DNA of 64,000 nucleotides. Source: Camelus dromedarius. Taxonomy: Eukaryota. The DNA lies in assembly GCF_036321535.1 (NCBI RefSeq), contig NC_087472.1, positions 102,550,001-102,614,000 on the forward strand. The letters are read 5' to 3'. Below the pieces are notes generated by a model, which saw nothing but the letters and a program-made list of their open reading frames with translations, made no database searches and was not told the DNA's origin. The position numbers and the translations under genes were made by a program. Below are positions 48,976-62,734 of this stretch, one piece after another (the first letter of the stretch is position 1; each line of letters begins with the position of its first letter).

Positions 48976-49505
48976 TGTAGGGGAGGAAAAATATTTTTCC
49001 CTCTACCTTTCTAGGTTCTTGGCTGAGACTCCTCTATAATAAAAGACAGATTAATAGGAGAAAAGCAAACAGAAGTTTGATAACATGTATACCTGCTGTA
49101 TCCATGGAAGAGACCCAAGGGAACTAACTTGCTGAAATGGCCCAAACTACCACCTTTAATACCATCTCCAGTTAAAGACGAAAGGAGATGTTGGGGGAAG
49201 GGAGCCAGTTATAGGAGGATGTCAGGAAAAGCAAAGTGAATAAGACTATGATTGTTATATAGATTTAACTCCATGCCTTCTCCATTGATAAGGGTTTCCA
49301 GAGTTTTAGTCATCCTCCTTTTCCTGGTACAGAGAAGGAGACACCCTTACAAATGGAGATTTCCTTTCTAACTGTAAATGTCTCATGAAAGGGTAATTTC
49401 TACTATTCATTTTCAGAGCTTTTCCTATGACTACTGTTTCTTAAAAAATAATCAGCTTGAAATAATCCTTATGCCAAAGAGGCATATTTTGAGGTGGCAA
49501 ATTCC
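48976..49505 (-). mobile_element. MER34-like ERV1 solo LTR
   Basis: Reverse-complement homologue of 6503-6948 plus 8203-8292 (tgtaggggaggaaaa...gacacccttacaaatggag...). Confidence 0.85.
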
Positions 49506-49798
49506 ATTCTACTTCTATCCCAAAGTCTTATCTGTAGACAACCAACTTACCAGGGATGATGGTTTTAGCAGCTAAGAAAATAGACATATATTTATAAGTA
49601 GATCAACTTATTTTCTAGAATATAAACTACTTTTTACCAACTTATCCTTTGAAGAGAGGGAAAATGTCTCACCATCTAAAAACCTGATTAAGTTAATTCA
49701 TAATGTATTTCTCAGATTTTAGTGGCCACAGGCATACATGGGTTTTAAATGTAATGGGATTGGATAATTTGTTACGCTATTTAAAAACATTATATTTC

Positions 49799-49929
49799 TG
49801 ATGGATGTCCACTAAAGTTACTGTGATAATCACTTCATGATGTATGTAAGTTGGATCATTTTGCTGTACACCTTCAACTTACACAGTGCTCTGTGTCAAT
49901 TCAATCTCGATAAAACTGGAAGATAAAAA
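49799..49929 (+). mobile_element. Short L1 3' end
   Basis: tgctgtacaccttcaactta...tgtcaatt...aaaactgg. TSD attatatttc at 49789-49798 and 49930-49939. Confidence 0.8.
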
Positions 49930-51174
49930 ATTATATTTCATTATTGGCAGATACATTTGGGGGTTGCAAGCTAATCTTTATGATCACTGAAACTTGCTGG
50001 ACATAATAGATTAGATCCTTGGCTCAGGAAATTTTACAAAGAGTTCCCTAAGCTGTGAACCCTGTCTATGTAATTCACAGATGTCTAAAGATATTTAAAT
50101 GATATAGTAATGCTGACAGAAAGATAATTACTTTCACTCATAATTAAATTAACATTTTCTGATAAGCCATTAAATATTACTTTTCTGTTCAGGCAATGAA
50201 AACTTTGTTCCACACCATAGACCATTTCACTGCAAATGAAATCAGAAATGGAAAAGTCTAGTTACCTAGCCTAGTCCCTCAAACTCACTATTAATAATAG
50301 TATTTTCAAAGAGGTCCTCCAGTACCTTGCATAGCATTTTTCCCTGACTTTCAAAAATTTGATGTTTTCTCTTCTTCTTTCCCCTCTTAAAAACATTTTT
50401 CCTTTTTGATAAGGTTTAGTGTGGTTTGAGGGAAGGGACAAAATTAGATGTGTTTTTAATCTGTGACTTTAACTTAGAAGGTTCCATTACACATTGAAAG
50501 TGCCTGACCCAGAATGGGTACACAATAAATGGTAGGTAGTATTATTGTGGGTGGTGGTGGTGGTGGAACACTAGGAATCAATGAATGGATTTCATTCATT
50601 CCAATGTCTGAGGGACTTTTGATAAATTCGAATGAACCTAGTCTATCTGGTCCATGCAAAATATACACATTTCTCACACTCTAACAGATTTTTAGATTCT
50701 TTGTTTCCTCTTAGTTTTGTAATGAGTATTTAGTGTGAAGATTCTGAGCTTATCTTGTGAGAAATACAAGGAAACAAGATGATCTCAAGCATTGTTGGGA
50801 TTTTTAGGGGGACTCTTTGTGGCATCAGACTTGGTCCCCATCATTACTTATATTTAGTATCAGTAGATCCCTCATCTTAGTTGTACACTTGCATATTTCA
50901 AATTTCTTTTCTGACTACTTTTGTTATATCAAATTAATTTCATCAGTATGGCATCATGCCATGATAAAAATATTCCCTGTGGGGTTGGAGGAGGCCTCAG
51001 TTTTGGTGGACACTAAATCATATCAAATTCTGTAGGCATTTATTGTCAAACAGCTTGAAAATGCAGGACAAATATTAGGATGAAGATGTGATCTCTGGTA
51101 TCTAAAATTTAGTAGAAAGGATCAGGCAAAAATGCTCAGGTGACTAAAATGAAACAAGATAGCAAAATACATAC

Positions 51175-51385
51175 TATCATATTGAGTGCTTACTCTATGA
51201 GTCTTTTTTTTAAAGTACTTTAAAAATAGTTAATTCATTAAGACTTTAGACAATTATTATCTCCACTTTCATTTGCAGAAACTGAAGCATATAGAGGTTA
51301 AGTAATTTGTCCAAGTTACAAAAGTAGTAAGTAACAGATCTGGGATTTGATCTTACAGAGTCGTTTCAGAATCAATGTACTACCC
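51175..51385 (-). mobile_element. MIR
   Basis: tattgagtgcttact...gaaactgaagcatatagaggttaagtaatttgtccaag. Confidence 0.75.
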
Positions 51386-52661
51386 TGCCTGTTAAGCCAA
51401 GGGCTACATGCTTATTCAGATGAGTGAGTGAGCCCACATATACTTGCATGGCTGTGTGTGTGTGTTTGTGTGTATATATACAGGGAACAGAATGGAATTT
51501 AAAGAGCACTTGGCATTTAAGCTATATCTTTCTGGTTTCATGTGTCTCTGTGTTCAGTTCGTTCCATCTTGATCTTTTCTTAATGTTCCAATTATACTCC
51601 ACTTGAAACTTCAGAACTCTTGGGCGTTTGATTTCTGCCATCAGGTCAGAACTTTATGACTTTGGACCAATAGCCTTTGCAAAATTTCCAGAGCAAAGTA
51701 AAGGTACATTATGTTCTTTAGAAAGGGTTATAGGGTTTCAGACAGAACAGAATGAAAGTCACTGCATCTGTGACCACACATTATAGAGTTGGTTTTATAA
51801 TAGAAATTATCAGACCAATTCATCACTATATCCAATTGATTCTAGGTCCAAAATCATTTTAGCTCTGATTTTTGAGGTTGACTGAGTAAAGACAGAGAGT
51901 GTGGATGATGTGTATGTGCCTGTATTAGATAATAAGTGAAGTGTGGATCCCTTCTAGGGCCTAAACTGTGAGTTGTCCTGCAATTCACACACACCTGGGA
52001 AGAGATAAGTAATGGGACATCAAGGGTCTCTAGGCAGAGGAGTTTGGGGAGGAATAAGAACAAGGGAGCTCAGAGGGGATTATGGGAAAAGACTTTGGGG
52101 AGGGCAGCTCTGGTCTTGGAGATCTCTCCAAAATGGCCCCATGGGATCATGGTTGAGGTCTCTGGTTGGAGGGACTGCTGGAGGCAGATGCCAGAGGGGT
52201 TTTTCCACAAAGGGTGACTCAGGAGCACAAACAATGTCAAGATGGTGACCTTGTGACAAAGTGTGACCAAGGCAGGGAAGAGGATATTCTTCCCCCTTCC
52301 TGTAGAGCTCAATATGACCTCAGGGTGGTAAGAACCTCCTGGAAGGGATGGTGACCCTGACTGAGGGCAAGGGGCAGAGCCAGCTCAAGTGGCAGGGACC
52401 TGACTGGTTTGTTTGCAGCATACATGAGACACATTTGGGGATTCCTGAGAAGTTAGAGTGGCCTGGAATGTAGAGATGAGAGAGGGTGAGATGTGGCTCA
52501 CTTTCTGCAGATTACACACTAGCTAGTGCAGTCCAGGAAATAGGTGGTGTAGAAACTCATCTTTTCCACACTATTTCTTGAATGAATTCTACTGCATGAA
52601 TTTATTGGAGTTAGATGACTCCAATACTAGTTTGTCACTGTTCTAAATTCATTGGATAGGC

Positions 52662-53114
52662 TGTTACTTAGTATGAGTCCCCTCAAGAAGTACACCTTGA
52701 GACAAAGATGCTATGCAAATAGTTCACTGATGAGTTAATTCCAAGAAACACTAGTAGGGAGTGGGGAAGTGAGACAGGGGGAAAAAGGTAGCAAATAAAG
52801 TGTGGGTTATGAAGCCAGTGACTACGGTGGGCAACCAGTGTGCAATATCACTGGGGAAACCCTGGGAAATAATGTAGAGCACACACCTCAGAGTTGGCTC
52901 TCCTGAGAGGTACAAGAGCTGGGGTATTCATCCACCTGTCCTTGTTATTTCCAGGGGAATGTTAATCCTCAGCACCTCCAGTAGAAAGAGCTGCTCTAGC
53001 GGCCAGAGAAAGCCTGCAGGAAGAGAATTGCAGCTGCTGGCATTGGAAGCTAGATTGGTATGCATGGAAATGGTAAGTGTGGGGATAGGATGGGTTGCAC
53101 ACCGCATCTGCTAC
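52662..53114 (-). mobile_element. LTR16-like ERVL LTR
   Basis: ccttgagacaaagat...agggagtggggaagtgagacagg...agcacacacctcagagt...gcatctgctac. Confidence 0.75.
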
Positions 53115-53395
53115 TATGGTGTGCAAGGTCTTCTAGCTTGTTAGTTCTGCTATTTGGCATTGTCTTGGTTATATAATGGATTTTCCTGCTGACCTGAACC
53201 CGAAAACTTCTAGTGCTTCCTCTGTTGGCACTTCTGTTTTTTTTTGATTTTCCACTTCACTCTGTTTATCACCGCTTGGCCTTGGCTTTGATATTGGAGG
53301 CTAGTGGAAAGTTACTTTCCTTTCTGTGCCTCACTTGTTCTAATGTCTAAGGTAAGATTAATGCCTTTTTTTTTTTTTTAACACTGTTGTCTGTA

Positions 53396-54105
53396 CAGGC
53401 GGACCTTGTTTTAGTGTGCTTTGCTGTATTGTGCTTTGCAGGTAATGCAAATTGAAGGTTTATGGCAATCCTGTGTTGAGCAAGTCTACCAGTGCCATTT
53501 TCCCAATAACATTAACTCACTTGGTATCTCTGTGTCACATTTTGTTAATTTTCTCAATATTCAAACTTTATCATTATTACTATATTTGTGATGGTGACCT
53601 GTGATCAGTGATCTTTGATAATACTGTTGGAATTGTTTGGGGTGCCACAAACTGCACCCATATAAGATGGCAAACAGAGAAATCGTTCGTGAAAGGAGGC
53701 GTCAATTGACATGGCAAACTTCATTGCTGTCTTATTTTAAGGAATTGCCACAGCCACCCCAGCCTTCAGCAACCACCACCCTGATCAGTCAGCAGCCATT
53801 GACATTAAGGCAAGACCTAAAAAAAAAAAAAAAAAAAAAAGGCAAGACCTTCCACTAGCAAAAGGATTACAACTTGCTGAAGGCCCAATGATGGTTACCA
53901 TTTTTAGCAATAAAATATTTTTTAGTGGAGGTATGTACACTGTTTTTCTAGACATAATGCTATCGTACACTTAGTAGATTATAGTATAAACATGACTTTT
54001 ATATGCTCTGGGAAACCAAAAAATTTGTGTGACTTGGTTTCCTGCGATACTTGCTTTGTTGTGGTGGTCTGGAACCGAACCCACAACATCTCCACAGTGT
54101 GCCTG
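53396..54105 (+). mobile_element. Internally deleted Tigger1-type transposon
   Basis: ta|caggc start, ...gtgtgcctg end. Retains transposase C-terminal coding REIVRERRRQ...SLLSYFKELPQPPQPSATTTLISQQP. Confidence 0.9.
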
Positions 54106-55029
54106 TCTTGAAGAATGAATTAACATACAAAAAACACACGTCATAATTGGTGCTCAAGAAGGGCTATGTCTCTTTCTGTGGTCATACTCTTTTTTCCCTT
54201 AACTTGGCCAACCCAAAACTTGGCGATCTTCTCTTTCTGAGACCTTCACAAGCTGAGATGTGTATATAAAGTCTGGGTTTGTCCTCTAAAGGAAAACTAT
54301 TCTTTGATTATTTTTCTAGGATTTTATCTGACTTAATTTGATTCCATTAAAATTTTATATTTAGCGGGACAATGTAAAACCTACTCCATTGATATCTAAG
54401 CATATTACATTTCTTTTACTGTCTTTCATCCTTCAGCTTCTCCCACAAAGAGGGCAGAAAATGGGGACTCAGATTTATGTGGCTCTGGCTCTGCCCTGAG
54501 CTCAGGCCAATCTCAGAGCCATTTATTGCCTCGGGAGACTATGGTCTTTTATATTCCTGGCATTTTGTGTCCCAGGGTGTCTATGTTGGCTGTTGATTCA
54601 ATGAATTATTGCTTTTTGCTCTGAATTATTTAGGATGGAGGAAGGGAGAGGGGAAAGGGAGGAATGAGAGGGGAGAAGCAGGGGAAGGCTCCTGAGCAAC
54701 TCGAATTATTACACTTTCCTATACATGCTTGTGCTGTGCGTGATTACAGAGTCCTTTCACATACATTTTAAAATGTAACCTTTGTAACTAGCTCATAAAA
54801 TGAACAGGAAGAAAAGGATCTCCTAAGAACAGGTTTGTGCTAAGCCTTTGGAGGAGGCAACTTGAAGAAAAGGAAATTCAGAGAAAAATAGGATGCATGT
54901 ATCAAGGCAGTCAAGTCATGCCACTTGTTGCTCAGAGAAGATAGAATGTGCCCAGTGGGGTTTATGTGAAGGTCTTTGATGCTTTCTCTGCAGGTGTGGT
55001 GAAGGGTGGTATGGAGACTTGATCAATCT

Positions 55030-55210
55030 TGGCCCTGGCAGTTCTGAGATGAGTCATTTTGAGAAAGGCCTTGGACCACCATGAGCTCTGGTTTCTTCAT
55101 CTGTGAAATGGACCTAAAAATGCTTACATGCTTTACCATCCTGTGGGGTGTTTGTAAGAATTAACAAGAGGCATCTAAAAGCACCGTGCAGGCTGTGAAG
55201 TGCTGTACCT
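55030..55210 (+). mobile_element. MIR
   Basis: gtttcttcatctgtgaaatgg core. Confidence 0.6.
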
Positions 55211-55564
55211 GGTCCTATAGCTGATACTTCCCTGCTAATGGAGAAATGGTCCTGTAGAATCAGGAGAGTATAGAACATCCAACTGAGAGTTGATTTTTTC
55301 ATAGGATTGTTGGTGATCCAAAGCTTACTTATTTGTAGGTTTAAGATTTGTCTGGTAGAAAACTGTTTGATTATTTTTAGAAGCAAGATGACAACACTGA
55401 TTTGTGCAGTACTTGTGCTGACAGTAGAGGGGTAATATTGAAATGTTTAAGAGGTTCCTTTATGCAGATATTTTGTATAAAGCAATGCTTATGCAATATA
55501 GAATTGTTATGAATTTTCCAGGTAACGGCAGGAGCTCCCTGTGTTGGGTTGTTGGGTTTTGAAA

Positions 55565-55760
55565 AATCCAGGTTCAAGTCCACATTCAGCTGCATAGCAT
55601 CTGTGTGACCCAGGACTAGCTATTCTGTTTTTTTCATTTGTAACAAAGGCTAAAAGTTCTCCTAAGGATCATTGTGAGGATCAAATGAGACAATGGGTGA
55701 GACAATTCTCTGAAAACTATAGACAGCTCCCTAAGAGTAAGGAGGTAGAATTATCATTAC
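55565..55760 (+). mobile_element. MIR
   Basis: aggttcaagtcc...ctgtgtgacc...ttgtgaggatcaaatgaga. Confidence 0.6.
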
Positions 55761-56563
55761 TCATGTTTAAAGAAATGAAACCAATAAGCAAATATTTAAT
55801 GATACAAGTTAGAAGGAATCAAGCCAGAAATTAATGAGATGTAGTCAATATAGAGATACAGATTTCTGCTTTAAAAAATATTTATTATTTTTTAAAATTC
55901 ACAGATTGCTTTTTGATAATGACTTCTTTCCATATGGTTTTGGTATGGGATGCTTATGGGTGATCAATGGGGAACTAAGCAAATGTGATGCATGAGAGCA
56001 ATTTTATTTCAAGATTTATAATTTGCCTTGCTGGCAAGCTATGAAATTCTAAGAGCTTAATTTGAACCTGTTCAGTCTACTGCCTGTTCCAGACTTAGAA
56101 GACTGTAAATAAGTCTGATTTAATCTTCAGTAACTCTATAAGAAAGCCATAGGGCTAACTGAACCCCAGGTGTCAGAGGATAGTGTAGGAGTTATAACTC
56201 TGCAGAAGGGTCTCCTAGGCAGGGCTAGGTGACTACCCAGACTGGATCTTCATAAATACATATGTGGTGAATTTGCTCCAGCCCATGTTCTGGGTGTCAG
56301 CATTATAGAATATTAAATCTAAGTTTGTCAACTTACAGAGTAGAGCTTTTCTCTCTGGAGTGGACTCACATCATCCCTACTCATCACTTGAAATTTAAGA
56401 CCTAAATGACAATTAATGAATTTTCAACAAGAAATTTAGTTACCAAGAAGCCCAGGGTTTTCTAGTTAACATATGAGAAGCCAAATTACAACCAGAAAAT
56501 TGCTTGATGAGCTTGGTACCCAAACGTATAGCCCCTGTCATCTGACTGGAATGTGAAGGGGTT

Positions 56564-56990
56564 TATCAGTCAAGTTTCTTGGGTGCAGACAACAACATTC
56601 TCTCTTGGCTCACCTAAGCAGAAAAGGAATTTATTGGAAGTTCTCGGGTAGCTCACAGAAATGATGGGCAGGCTGACAAACCAGACTCAGAAAACAATGG
56701 CAACCAAGAGAGGCTGTGAGGAGAGAACATGGCAGGGCTCACTATCGCCTGTCTAGTGTGTCGCTAGTGTTCCAACTCTGAGCAGTTGATGCTGCTGCTA
56801 CCTGTGGACTCTCAGTGCTGATACTCTTGCTGGTCTTTTGAAAATGCTCGCACCACCATGGATAGCTTCTTAACTGTCTCTGCGTCTTTGTTTCTCTCTT
56901 TGAAGATCCAAAGACTCAGGTAGGAGCATCTGGTCCCTGAATTTAGGTCTTGTGCATCTACACAGCTTGCAGAGTGCTAAGAGAGGGAAC
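56564..56990 (-). mobile_element. Old MLT1 (K/L/N-like) LTR
   Basis: atcagtcaagtttcttgggtgcagacaaca...taagcagaaaaggaatttattggaag. Confidence 0.55.
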
Positions 56991-57169
56991 ACGTGGCCCC
57001 AGACTCGTGCTTCTCGAAGTGTGATCTGCAGACTGGTGCCAGGCTATGGACTCACTGTTTTTATTTTGTGATGAGTCGGAGAACTTGTGCTAGAATATAG
57101 ATCAATTTAGTGCTTTCTCTGTTTAGAAAATTTGGCTATGGAAAAAGTGTCAGCTTAACTAAACTAAAC

Positions 57170-57720
57170 TGTTACTGAACCAAACTTGGGTTCGCTTGCC
57201 TGTGCACAGTAAGGACAATCTACTGACACCGGGTTGTCAGTAGAAGGAAAGTGCAGTGTTAATTGCAGAGCGCCGAGCAAGGAGTTCAGGTTGGTAGTAT
57301 TTAAAAGGCCCAAATTCCCTGAAGGCTTTCAGGGGAGGGTTTGTAAAGACAAGGCGATGGAGGCGGGTTGTGGGGTGTGTGATCAACACGTGGACATTCT
57401 TCTGATTGGTGGGTGGTGAAGTAATCAGGAGTCAACATCATCAACTTTCTGGTTTCAACCTGACTGGGGTCTCTACATGCTTGTGGGCAACATACAGTTA
57501 ACTTCTTCCAGTTGGTGGGGTTTTCAGTATCTATAAAGCAGTCCAAAGGAATGGCTCAGAATATTATGTATAGCCCTTGAGGAGGAACTCAAGGTCCTTG
57601 ACTTTAGTGGCTAAACTATTCTTATTCCGTCTTGCTTGACTATTTTCCTTTCTTTCTGCATTTTCTCCCTTCTTTGATTAAATTTACTCTTTGGAACCCC
57701 TAGGGTCCTGCTCAGTTATA
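57170..57720 (-). mobile_element. ERV1-type solo LTR
   Basis: tgttactgaaccaaacttgggttcgcttg...ttctctgattgg...agggtcctgctcagttata. Related to 61232-61484. Confidence 0.8.
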
Positions 57721-60083
57721 CTACTGAACAGAGCAATACTTCCCTAGACTTCATAGCAGGAGGCTAGGACCTGCCATAAGAGGGTTCCCCACAAAAGGAA
57801 GGGTATTTGGAAGCTGTGTAGTCAAAAAACAAGAAACGTTCACCACAAGTGACATCAGGCAAAGCCTGATGCCTACTACTCTACCATAGGGACACCTGCC
57901 ATCAGGAATGTGTGACTTCTGTGGATCTGGACACACTCTCACATGGCTGATGCTTGGTTTGGCATGATGATACTGATTCCAGAGCTACTTTCTTTTCTAC
58001 AAGGTGGGTATCTATCTACCCTCTTTGGAAGGGAAAGATTGGAGAGATGGTCTGTGTCCATCTAAGTTGGCTGGTTGAGATTCCTCACGGTGATGGTGAG
58101 CCAATGCTTAGATGACAATGGAGTGGCATCATCATCTGTCCATTCTGAGTCCTGTCCTTTCTGTCTTCCTCAAAACGAATACTCACAGCACACCCCTGGA
58201 GATATGAGCAGTTCTTTATTTGTGGCTCAGGAAATGATCCCAGTGTATAGAGCTGGGGGATGGTATGAGAAGGGGAGGGGTTGCTATCAAGTACTGTGAC
58301 CACGGCTTCCTTGTTCCTTTGTATTATACGTAGAGGCAAAGTCCTCACTGTCTAAGCAATTGGAGTATGTGAATGTGAATGCCCCCTTGTTCGCTAACTC
58401 TCCCACCTCTCCTTTAAGAGATTCCCCATTGAAGGGCCCCTTCTGGCACCTCCCTAGATTGCTAACCTCCCTGTAGAATAATAAAGCCCCTGTCTCTTCT
58501 TGAGACTTTTGAATTCAGACTTCCAGCAGTCTACTGGATGTGAAGAGCTTTCCCCTGGTACTGCAGTATGGGATGCTCTGGCCCTGTGAATGAGGTGGGC
58601 AAAAGATGGCCAACTGCAGATGATTTCCCTCTTAGGTTCCTAAAAATTGAACATCACTCACCACCTAGGGCACTAATCGCCTTGCAAAGACTACTTGAAA
58701 ATTGCATAGTAATATCAACTTGACTTTGGAACTGTTCCTTAACGTGCTAGTGCTATATTCATTGCTTACACATTTTGAGCTTCAGGATGCAACTTCTACA
58801 TGACAGTGCCAATGAATGGCATTCCAGTGAAGTTGTTCTTCTGTGAAGTTCAGTGTTCTTCCTACCTCTCACTTTGATAATGGAGGAAGGGAGGGAGTGT
58901 GGGGAAGAAGTTTCAGTTCAATCTACCTTATTCTCCCACTCTCTCTATAGCTGACAAAACTCTACTTCATATAGATACGTTCACCTTTAATCACATTATA
59001 GACACATCTTGTGGTCTGAGAGCAAATCTACACCACTAAGATAACATATGATATTTTGATAGTATAGATTAATCTGAGCTGCTTACCATGTGCCCCACCT
59101 AGGTAGTAAGGATCATTATATATTTGTCCACTGCAACTTGAAAAAGTCTGAAAAATGCATATTTAATGCTATGTGCTTGAAAACAATATAAAGGAAAAAA
59201 AGGGAGGGAAAAAAAGAAAATGAAGATAGGAAGGGAAGAAAGAAAAAAATCACTCAAATCTAGGAAGTAAAAGGTTATTTCTTTATGTTTTCAAATGTTA
59301 TGTGGTGGGTACATTAAAATAATTGGAATTTTCTGGTGTAATTACTTACCATAGAATGATTCCTATCCTGCATCTGTTGATGGACTCATGCCATAATGAT
59401 TCATTTTCTCTATGAGGAAGAGAACTGGAGAGCTGTTACCTTTAGTCATATTACTGCAGCCTCCTTCCAAAGGGATTTGTTTGCATTAGTGAAGGAAAGA
59501 ACTTTTTTCCTGAGGCAATCTGAAGACAAAGGTGTTGAGGGCATTCATTGATTCCATTAAAAAGTGATCTTGTTTTGCTTCTATATCCCATAATTCCTGA
59601 TTCAATGGGCTTGATTTTGCTGAGTTGATCTGCTTTAGCAGTTTGAAAATGAAAGAGCAGTAAGTGACTATAGGAGAAGGGAGTTACTAAAGAAGAGTGG
59701 GGCCAGAGAAGGAAAGGATAGCCCGTGGGAGGAGGAGAGCGGGACACGCACTGTTGTCATATCTGATGATGGGAAGAGGGCAGGTAGGACTCCATCTTCA
59801 CATGGTGCAAAAGTTCTCTGATGTTTCACATTTATGGGACAAAAATCAATGAGTCATTAAGCCAAGTTTTTAAGGACTATCGTGTGCTGAGCAATGTGTG
59901 GGGGAGAACAGGAGATGTTAAAATATAGACACATGCAAAATTATAACAAAATATTCTCTATGGTATATGCTAAAGGCTAAGTAGAAATGAGAAGTGTTAA
60001 GAGCTCTGAGAGGTTAGTCAAGTCACGTTGGGGAAGTTTGATGTTGGTTAGACACTGAGGGATGGGACAATAATATCAAGAAC

Positions 60084-60210
60084 TATAGAGGGTCTATTTT
60101 ACCCTTCTTGGAAGCTAACAAGTTAACCTGCCACAGTTTCATGGATGCTGGCAAAAGACCCCAAGATCAGAGACACGGGACTTTATTGCTCACAGTATAG
60201 CAAGTAGAAC
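60084..60210 (-). mobile_element. ERV LTR terminal fragment
   Basis: ttttaccc...aagctaacaagttaacctgccacagtttcatggatgctggc...ggactttattgctcacag. Family not assigned. Confidence 0.6.
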
Positions 60211-60549
60211 GAGCTAGAATTTTTTCTCTTATCTTATAGAAGGAATAATAAGGGGAAATAAAGAGATCAGGAAGTACAGCTTGTTCCTAACACAGTAGAA
60301 AGTAAGAATCCAAATTGGGTTTTGTCACAGCAGATGTAGCCCAGACAGTGGGGCTCCCTACAACATAATTATCTCGAAGAGGAGGTCTGGCTTCCAGCTC
60401 ATTCCTTATTCCTCTTCCTTGGCTCAATCCTGCTCGCTTTGGTCTCTGATTGCTATGGAGAGCCCTCATTCAGCTGTTAAATAAAACATAGCGAATGAGG
60501 GGTTATTATCTAAGGGCCTGTTCGCTTTCAGGGTCACCTTCCCTTAGGC

Positions 60550-60878
60550 CAGTGCCATCCAATACCATAGCCATGAGCTACATGTGGCTATTGAGCACTT
60601 GAACTGTGGCTAGTCTGGACTGAAACATGCTGTAAGGGCTGAATATACACAGGGTTTCAAAGACTTAGTAAAGAAAAGGCAAATATTTTATTAATGATTT
60701 TTATATTGATTACATGCTGAGATAATATTTTGGCTACCTTATTTAAATGAAACATATTATTAAAATTAATTTCACCTGTTTCCTTTTACTTTTTAAAATA
60801 TGTGGCTACAAGAAATGTTAAATTCCATATGTGGCTTGCGTTTGTGATGCACATTATTATTTCTGCTGGGTAGTGCTG
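60550..60878. mobile_element. MER33-like hAT-Charlie, opposite orientation to 12582 and 34031
   Basis: acatgtggctattgagcacttgaa...aaaattaatttcacctgtttcc...atatgtggcttgc. Confidence 0.85.
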
Positions 60879-61231
60879 CTCAGGCGCATTTGAGAAAGAG
60901 GGGAGGCTTCCTCAGTCCCTCCTTGTCAACCTCTGAGGGCTGTGTAATTCCTATGCCTTCATGGACCACAGCTGGCCATGGCCTGAGCTGCTGATCTGCC
61001 TTAAAATGTAGTCCTCCTGCATGTACCCCTACTGCTGCCTCTAACCAGAGTGTCCTCAGAGGGGAGGAGGAGGGATTTGGTCACAACACACCTCCCCTCA
61101 TGACCTTGTCTCTCACTGCCTTCACAGCATCCCCTCACAAAGATTTGCAGGTGAATCAGGCTTTCCTGAAGGATCAAAGAATCCTAAAGGGAATTACAGC
61201 CTGTGAAGGAAGGACTTTTAAACTAGAATCT

Positions 61232-61484
61232 TATGATTAAAATTCCAGAAACATCAACCTTCACCATCAACCAATCAGAAGAAAGTCCATGAGCTGCAAC
61301 CCTCATCCCAGATGTTGTCTTTAAAAACCCTTTCCTGAAAGCTGTCATGGAGTTCAGATCTTTTAAACATGAGCTACACATTGTCCTTGCTTAGTGCCCT
61401 ACAGTAAACACTGTGCTTTTCTTCACCACAACCCTGTGTCAGTAAACTGGCTTTGCTGGGCTGCAGAAGTTTGGTTTTGTAATA
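61232..61484 (+). mobile_element. ERV1-type LTR 3' part
   Basis: caaccaatcagaagaa...tttaaaaacccttt...cttcaccacaaccctgtgtcagta. Reverse-complement-like to 57170-57430. Confidence 0.7.
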
Positions 61485-61509
61485 ACCACACATACACACA
61501 GACATTGCC

Positions 61510-61905
61510 TGTCTTAGTTTGGGTTTCCCCCAAAACAGACTCAAGGCAAGGATTTGGGTGGTTTGTTTTGAAAGTGATTCCAGGAAGAGAAACAGGAAAG
61601 GTAGAAAGTCAGTCAAGAGGTGCGTGGAAGAGCTGGATACCACCATGGGCAACAGAGGCTCAAACCCCCCCATCCCTGCCCGGGGAGTTTCAGAGAGGCT
61701 CTGGAACAGCGCTCTGAGGAGTAAGAAATTGAGATCTTTATCTACCCACTCCCATCCCTTGGAGGGTGTGTAGGTGAGCATGTTCCTTTAGTGGCCATCG
61801 AATATCCTTGTGGGGGGGGGTCCTTTGGACTATAAGGGAATTCTCTGCAGGTGACCTCTGGGAGGTCTGAGGGCTGTGAGCAAGGCACCTTCAGCACCTG
61901 CTATA
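61510..61905 (-). mobile_element. LTR16-like ERVL LTR
   Basis: tgtcttagtttgggtttccccc aaaacagactcaaggcaaggattt...cagcacctgctata. Confidence 0.7.
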
Positions 61906-61914
61906 TTGCCCAAC

Positions 61915-61974
61915 AAGATGCCAGATGCATAAGAGGTGCTTAATAAATGTTTATTGAATGAATGAATGAATGAA
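61915..61974 (+). mobile_element. L2 3' terminus
   Basis: ggtgcttaataaatgtttattgaatgaatgaatgaatgaa. Confidence 0.8.
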
Positions 61975-62734
61975 CACTCATCATTCAAAGACAAGCTTTA
62001 GTTCTCAGGCTGTAATCAAAACTTGATGGTGAAGAGGATAGACTTTTCCTTAAATGCCCCGTAATTATAAGGCTGCTCCTCCTGATTTATAGTAGACTTG
62101 GCACCTCATTTTATCATGCATCCACCCCTTGCCTTCTCTTCTCCCCTTAGACCTGCCAAGAATGAGAAAAGGCTGAATCACCGATCCTCTTAATGACAGC
62201 TCCTTTAGCTTCAGTCCTTAGGAGGACTGAAAATTAACTTACGAAGGCACAATGAAGTTCTTAGATGGAAAATTCTACCCTCTTCCCATCCCTGCTAGTG
62301 GCAGCTGGGGAGTTGGGTGATGGGCTGACTGGTGTGTTCTTCAGTTAGAGCTGTTTATTTTGACATCTTTTCTCCCTGGTTTTGGTGCATTTTACTGAGA
62401 TTGAAAATGATGGGGTTGGGGTGTATGCTGCAAGTCCTCAAATCACATGAATTGAGGCCAGATCTGTTGTGTGACGTTCTTGGTGGCAGGCAGTGCCAAC
62501 ATCATAGAGCTGATTCAGGAAGACGTGAACTAAATGCACATGAATGGGCTCCTCTGACAAAAGACTTCCGGATATGTAGCGAAAGAGAAAAAAGATGATT
62601 TCACAAAGATGTATTGAGCAGCAACCATATATTAGATATTATGTTAATATTATATGCCCACCTATGACACAATAAAACTGCATTAGTACTAATTAATTAA
62701 CTTATTATCTGTCACTTTCTTAGGAACTCATTTG

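Noticed and set aside
51890..52480. Purine-rich block with several short ORFs
   Set aside because: Probably a very old LTR, but no termini or family could be supported and the ORFs are unrecognisable.
61374..61781. 135-aa and overlapping ORFs
   Set aside because: They span two adjacent LTR remnants.
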